Position numbers and translations under genes: made by a program
Source: Eledone cirrhosa
Lineage: Eukaryota
Length of the DNA stretch: 64,000 bases
Assembly: GCA_964016885.1 (NCBI GenBank)
Contig: OZ024740.1
Location: 25,854,001 to 25,918,000 of the forward strand
Direction: 5' to 3'
Part shown: in pieces, positions 57,655 to 64,000 of the stretch
Layout: each line of letters starts with the position of its first letter
Position numbering within the stretch: the stretch's first letter is position 1
Notes under the pieces: model-generated
Told to the model about the DNA's origin: nothing
The model's database searches: none
What the model saw: the letters and a program-made list of their open reading frames with translations, nothing else

Positions 57655-58258
57655 CTTACTTAAATTTTCACTCCAACTAATTAGTTTCTGCAATGGGATA
57701 AAAAAAATTTTTTTTAAATTTTTTTTAAAAAAATATTTTTTTATTTTACGTCCTTTATATTATTGTTCTGCATTCTCCTGCATTGAACCACCTAGGTACT
57801 ATGACATAACCTGTGTATTTGCTGGCATGGGCGTGCATCTGTGCGCTTATGTTAGTTGATATATTAAATTATCTATATTTATCTCCAAATCACTGATTTG
57901 TCGAGCAAACTTGTCAAAACCACTTCTAAAAAAATTTTTTTTGGGGTGTTAGTAGGCGTCAGTCATCTTACCATCCCATTCCTTCTAACTAGCCTCTGTG
58001 TCACGTGATTGATTCTTTAGAATCGGCCATTTGACTTGAAGCAGTGAGAATTTCGGTACATAGAATTCAGTCCTCGCAAGCTGTTCGATCTACCGAATTA
58101 TTATTATTTTTATATGAGCCGCCAGTGTCCGCGCATTGCCTGGAGACTTAACTGAGAATAGACTTCCTGATGACGCAATGAATTCTCGACAGTTGAATTA
58201 CGTAACTGTCTTTATCCCATTGCAGAAACTAATTAGTTGGAGTGAAAATTTAAGTAAG

Positions 58259-58292
<34 letters not shown>

Positions 58293-58452
58293 TTTTAAAT
58301 TTTTTTTAAAAAAATATTTTTTTATTTTACGTCCTTTATATTATTGTTCTGCATTCTCCTGCATTGAACCACCTAGGTACTATGACATAACCTGTGTATT
58401 TGCTGGCATGGGCGTGCATCTGTGCGCTTATGTTAGTTGATATATTAAATTA

Positions 58453-58458
<6 letters not shown>
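57573..58458. mobile_element. Second retrozyme-like element: 581-nt unit (1.3 copies plus, about 57703-58458) preceded by an inverted fragment (about 57573-57702)
   Basis: ACGTCCTTTATATTATTG recurs at 57748 and 58329 (period 581). 57573-57702 is the reverse complement of about 58211-58338. HHR at 58162-58243; (TA)n on both sides. Confidence 0.8.
58162..58243 (+). ncRNA. Type I hammerhead ribozyme with extended stem II
   Basis: Stem I ACTTC/GGAGT, CTGATGA (58167-73), stem II GCAAT/ATTGC enclosing hairpin GACAGTT/AACTGTC, then GAAAC-TAATTA-GTT (palindrome AACTAATTAGTT). C-A mismatch at 10.1-11.1. Confidence 0.68.
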
Positions 58459-58516
<58 letters not shown>

Positions 58517-58518
<2 letters not shown>

Positions 58519-58618
58519 AGCGGAAAAATGAAAGGAAATTTCATTTGTCACTCTTAGTGCGGCTGTTACTTAAATATAAGTATGTATACATACATATATG
58601 TATACAGACGTACAGTAG

Positions 58619-58676
<58 letters not shown>

Positions 58677-59138
58677 CATGCACACATATATATATGTACG
58701 TATGGATTCACCGAACATTTATTATAATGCCCTGTGTGTTTGTAAACAAACATCCCGAATTAAGCCGTACAATGTCTAGCAACCATCGTTCCTCATTTGT
58801 TCAACACTGACAAAGGAGCGCTGTACAAGTTTCAAGCTTATTAGTTATCGTCAGCAACGTATACCTAAGTGCCAGATGATTGAACAGAAGGTACGCGTTG
58901 CTGACGATAGCTAATAAGCTTGAAACAAGTACAGCGTTTTTTTGTCAGTGTTGAACAAATGAGCAACGATGGTTGCTAGACACTGTACGGCTTAATTCGT
59001 GGTGTTTGTTTACAAACACACCGGGCATTATAATAAATGTTCGGTGAATCCATACGTACATATATATATGTGTGCATGTATATATATATATACATACTAC
59101 TGTACGTCTGTATACATATATGTATGTACGTATACATA

Positions 59139-59145
<7 letters not shown>
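58517..59145. mobile_element. Palindromic (head-to-head) PLE pseudo-LTR pair with one HHR per arm
   Basis: About 58575-58866 is inverted at about 58889-59145 around a ~22-nt spacer. The left arm has an extra ~58-bp tail (58517-58575). AATAAA lies downstream of each HHR. Confidence 0.82.
58895..58937 (+). ncRNA. Minimal type I hammerhead ribozyme (mirror copy on minus at 58818-58860)
   Basis: GCGTTG-CTGACGA-t-AGC-taataa-GCT-t-GAAAC-AA-GTA-CAGCGT. Confidence 0.75.
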
Positions 59146-59198
<53 letters not shown>

Positions 59199-59219
59199 CA
59201 CATATATATATATATAATA

Positions 59220-59612
59220 ATAATCATTGTTTCTACTTTTGGCACAAGGCCATCAATTATCCAGTACATTACTGGTACTTTATTTTATTGACCCCGTAAG
59301 GATGAAAGGCAAAGTTAACCTCAACGGGATTTGAACTCAGACCATAAAGGGACGTAACTATGCTGGAAAGCATGGCGTCAACTCTCTACCGGTACTGCCA
59401 ATCCACCGCCCATATATAATAATAATAATTGTTTCTACGTTAGGCACAAGGCCTGCAAATACCCTGTGTATTACTGGTACTTTATTTTATCGACCCCGTA
59501 AGGATGAAAGGCAAAGTTAACCTCGGCAGGATTTGAACTCAGAATGGCAAGGGCCGTCTCTCTATGCGTCAAATCATGGCGTCCGACCCTCTACCAATAC
59601 TGCCAATCCACC
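59220..59612 (-). mobile_element. Two tandem family A SINE copies (about 59220-59411 and 59425-59612)
   Basis: Same conserved core and head as the other family A copies. Confidence 0.87.
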
Positions 59613-59762
59613 AATGAAAATATTGTGTACAGTGCTCAGTTGCATTACAACTCATCCAAAGTGTATGTATATTACATATGGTAATGTACAAACGCCAGGA
59701 AAATGAACAGTGCATGAGTCATGATATACACATGTGTGCATGAGTATGGAAGGGGTACATAC

Positions 59763-59856
<94 letters not shown>

Positions 59857-60049
59857 ATAATAATAAATATGAAGACTAAAATCCAAAGAGGTCTCGATAA
59901 GGATAAATATATATCATATGTATAACAACCCTAGTGCAAATATTTATTAAAATAACAGATTTAAGTTTAAGCAAAGAATATATATATACATATATTCAAA
60001 GTTTTAACCAAGCATGGCCGCAGTCTAATGATTGGAAACCATAAAAGGT

Positions 60050-60190
<141 letters not shown>

Positions 60191-60986
60191 GGGGCGTGAC
60201 AGAAGTGAGGAACAGAGATAGAGAGTAACGACAGTGTAATTTTACATCTTGTTTGCGAGATATTTTAATCACTCAGAGTGCATAGACTGTGTAATGGCTG
60301 TGGGAAAACGATATTTGGAGTTGCAATATATAGTTCTATGTAGGAAATACATCAAGACAATGTTTTCTGATGCCAATATTGCTCTAAATATTGTTTTCCC
60401 AATAGTTGTTGCAGCAATAACTGGGGATGGTGTGGCGAGGCTTTCCTGGCACTGAAAATGATTGAGCCGAAAATTTATGAAGTTTCACCAATTTTAATAT
60501 CCCGTGACTTCACTGTCGCAAGCCTAATGTGGATATATGTGATGCCTCGTTATTCGGTTCCAGCAGATCGATGTTCAGTTCAGTGAGGTAAATAGTGTTA
60601 CAGATATGTCCATGAGTCTGAATTTAGGAAGATGAAGTTGTATAGATTTTATATCCCCTAGCACCACCACCACCACCGTCTCCACACTTCGCCAGCATCA
60701 TCACCGTCACAGACAGCACCTCATTTTTCTAACTACATTCGTAGGTCTAATTACAAAGGCAATTGAATCGTGAATCGTTAGAAGGCGACTTATTGTCCTG
60801 GTGGTATTTATAGATATATTATTATATGTACACCGTAGATGTTTCTGAGCAGAGAAATTGGACCATGATGGAACATCTGTAGATTTATGTAGGTTCTCCA
60901 ACTTTACGTGATATGGACAACTTTCTTTGTATTTCAAAGCATGATTAAACACAAGAACACACACACATACGCACACACAAACACAC

Positions 60987-61043
<57 letters not shown>

Positions 61044-61107
61044 ATATATATATAATATATATATGTTATATATATAACATATATATATATATATGTGTGT
61101 GTGTGTG

Positions 61108-61430
61108 GGTTAGGGGTTAGAGCATTGGACTTGCATTTGAGAGGTTGTAAGTTCAATTCTCGGACCGGCTGATGCGTTTTGTCCTTGAGCAAAACACTTT
61201 ATTTCACGTTGCTCCAGTTTACTCAGCTGTAGAAATGAGTTGCGACGTCACTGGTGCCAAGCTGTATCGGTCAGTGCCTTTCCCTTGGACAACATCGGTG
61301 GCGTGGAGAAGGGAGACTGGTATGCAAGGGCGACTGGTGGTCTTCCACAAAAACAAACTGCCCAGGCTTGTGCGTCGGAGCAAATCTTTCTAGGTTTAAA
61401 CGGTAGTCATTCTTAACCGAGTGGGGCCAA
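61108..61430 (+). mobile_element. tRNA-derived SINE, family B (CORE-like), longer copy
   Basis: tRNA-like head with AAGTTCAATTC, core GTCCTTGAGCAAAACACTTTATTTCACGTTGCTCCAG, and about 200 bp of 3' body. Confidence 0.8.
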
Positions 61431-61533
61431 AGCAATATAACATAAACATCGCCGCTCATTTAACGGAGTAGACTTAAACACTGACATGAGTACACAGTGA
61501 AAAAAATCCACATTTACTTTTGTATATATATAT

Positions 61534-61623
<90 letters not shown>

Positions 61624-61625
<2 letters not shown>

Positions 61626-61800
61626 AGCAAACATCACGGGCGCTCTATCTCAAAATTATTTTTGAAAACCATTAGAAATGCGCAACCGGTAAAACTTAAA
61701 AACCAAAACTGAATACTAAGTATTACTAATTTTTACTTATTCCTAATTAAACTATTTTTCACTGGGAACAATTTGTCAGCAATTTCTTTTCCTTTTACCA

Positions 61801-61805
<5 letters not shown>
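61624..61805 (+). mobile_element. Solo PLE 3' tail, diverged inverted homologue of 62471-62663
   Basis: GAGCAAAC...TTACCAA aligns to the reverse complement of 62471-62663; (TA)n on both sides. Confidence 0.75.
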
Positions 61806-61851
<46 letters not shown>

Positions 61852-62162
61852 CAGAACGGAATCCTTGTTGATTCTATTATGGAATACCACAAGCTTGCGT
61901 GTTACGTAAGTTGGATAAATGATTTCGAATTCATGGAAACACCTCAGACGTATATCGTTTGATTTGTCCAAGTCTATTTTTTAACCTGTTAGTTCTTTCG
62001 TTACTTTGGTATTGTATGGTTGTGTTTTGCCTACCGCAATGTTCAATTTGTCAAGCTATTTAAACGTGTGTTATTACTCTAAGGACCTATCCTGATTGAG
62101 TGCTTTATTAACTCATTCCTATTGTAGGTCGACTTTCCTTGGCCACAGCCAAAGCTACCACT

Positions 62163-62225
<63 letters not shown>

Positions 62226-62229
<4 letters not shown>

Positions 62230-62416
62230 TTATCCCAGGTTCAATCGGGGGTAACTACAGTAAGTAAGGTACTCAATACATAGTAGAGTATAAATATCTA
62301 ATATAGAAATAGCTTCTACAGGCTTAGACCTGTTTCATTCCAGAGAGACCGTCAGGAAGCCCTGATGATTTCTCCCGAATAAAACAGTTCTAGTCCCGTA
62401 GAAGCCATTTCTATAT

Positions 62417-62417
<1 letters not shown>
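62226..62417. mobile_element. Short fold-back PLE remnant with degenerate hammerheads and a one-sided tail
   Basis: 62300-62356 is inverted at 62360-62417. Minus arm GGCTTC-CTGACGG...GAAAC-AG-GTC-TAAGCC; plus arm CTGATGA...AAAAC. Extra ~74 bp on the left. Confidence 0.6.
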
Positions 62418-62470
<53 letters not shown>

Positions 62471-62474
<4 letters not shown>

Positions 62475-62933
62475 TAAACGGAATAGAAAATGCTGACAAA
62501 TTGTTCACAGTTGAAAAATGGTTTAATTAGGAATAAAAGAGTATTAGTGATTGTATGGGTTAGTATTCAGTTGTGGTTTTAAGTTTTTAAGTTTTTACCG
62601 GTTGCGCATTTCTAAATGCTTTTCAAAAATAATTTTGAGATAGAGTGTCCGTGTTGTTTGCTCTGGTCTGATTAGTTTGGGGAATTCTACCTGTTTTTAT
62701 GTTAAAAAAGTGGCTCCAGCGTTACTTTGGTGTTGCAAAAATTCTTGTGGTCAAAACAATTTTGATTGGTCGGTAGAGGTCATGTGAATGTAAAAAATTG
62801 ATTTTGCGCCAAGACTGTTTTTATGTTAAAAAAGTGGCTCCAGCGCTACTTGGTGTTTGCAAAAATTCTTGTGGTCAAAACAATTTTGATTGGTCGGTAG
62901 ATGTCATGTGAATAAAAAATTGGTTTTGCGCCA
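62471..62933 (-). mobile_element. Inverted pseudo-LTR/3' UTR abutting the PLE RT, with a 124-bp internal tandem duplication
   Basis: CTGTTTTTATGTTAAAAAAGTGGCTCC occurs at 62691 and 62815. Variant HHR-like motif on minus at 62593-62630. Begins at (TA)n. Linkage to the RT is inferred from adjacency. Confidence 0.6.
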
Positions 62934-62934
62934 C

Positions 62935-64000
62935 GAATTCTGTGAACACATCACAAACTTCCCTTACCAACACTTGCACAGACAAAAACACAAGCCAAAC
63001 CTCAACAAGAAAGAATGGGAAGAATTAAATAGATTAAAAACCGACAGAACCATTACAATTAAAGAGGCTGATAAAGGGAGTACAGTAGTCCTAATGGAGA
63101 CAGAATTCTATATCAACTTAGCGCTCTCCACTTTGGAAAACGAAACATACTACGAAAAGGCTGAACACTACAATCAACAGAAAATTATGAGAAACCTAAA
63201 AACTCTAATCAGCCAATACAAAGAAGGACTCACTAACAAGGAATTCAGCTTCATCACAGACTTCACAAGTAAATACAGCCTTTTCTACGGTATCCCTAAA
63301 GTACATAAAAGCGAATCAATAAGTAAGGCATGCAAGGAAGCCACAGACATAGTCATCAATGTCCCCTCACCCAATGATCTCAAATTAAGACCTATAATAG
63401 CAGGCCCCGCTTGCGAAACGCGCCGTCTTAGCAACTTCATTGACACCCTTCTCAAACCCTTCCTCAAGAACATCAAAAGCTATATAAGGGACGACCTAGA
63501 TATGCTCAATCACCTCCCTAATATGCCACTTTCTGAACAAACCCTACTAGTGACGTTCGATGTAGTCAAACTATACTCCAACATCCCCCACAACCTAGGA
63601 ATAGAAGCTATCCAATTCTGGCTGGATAATTTCCACAATGAACTCCCACAACGCATCAAAAAAGAATTCGTGATAGAGGGACTCAAATTTATCTTGGAGA
63701 ACAATTACTTCGTTTTCAATAACAAACCCTACAGGCAGAAATCTGGGACTGCTATAGGAACGAAAACAGCCCCCACTTATGCCAACCTAGTCATGGGATA
63801 CCTGGAAATCACCCTCTACACTAAAGTCCTAAACAAATTTGGAAACACCCTCCACTTACACATTGAAAGGAACTGGAAGCGATATCTAGATGACTGCTTC
63901 ATCCTTTGGCACGAAAACATCGAAAAACTTAAAGAATTTCACACCCTTATAAATGGGCTCAACATGAATATTAACTTCACGATGGAATACAGCCATCAAC
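62935..64000 (+). CDS. Penelope-like element reverse transcriptase (probably Neptune-type), 5'-truncated, running off the window
   Basis: Hand translation of frame +1 shows no stop from 62890 to 64000: NLNKKEW, IKEADKGSTVVLM, FYGIPKVHK, LRPIIAG, TFDVVKLYSNIP, NYFVFN, QKSGTAIG, APTYANLVMG, WKRYLDDCF (YLDD at 63883). Confidence 0.93.

Noticed and set aside
61915-61955. Possible further hammerhead remnant (minus CTGAGGT...CGAAAT)
   Set aside because: Core and stems are too degenerate to support.

Overview
AT-rich eukaryotic (metazoan) intergenic DNA with no recognisable host gene. The SINE families and long (TA)n tracts suggest a cephalopod such as Octopus, but this is inference. Bases 1-33765 are one array of a 21-bp satellite (consensus GTAGTTGTAGTTACTTCTATT) with nested higher-order repeats (about 2.4, 2.85 and 7.0 kb); all ORFs called there are repeat artefacts. 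The remaining 30 kb is (TA)n microsatellite interspersed with mobile DNA: a non-autonomous Helitron, a young 5'-truncated CR1-group LINE with an intact RT ORF, many tRNA-derived SINEs, and a Penelope-like (PLE) RT ORF missed by the ORF track because it runs off the right edge. The main result is a set of several distinct hammerhead-ribozyme (HHR)-bearing non-coding retroelements, nearly all sitting in (TA)n. The best is a 469-nt circularly permuted, highly structured unit with a perfect minimal type I HHR (39696-40968), i.e. a retrozyme/circRNA-like element. Five families share one architecture: two inverted arms joined at their 5' ends, one arm carrying an extra 3' tail.
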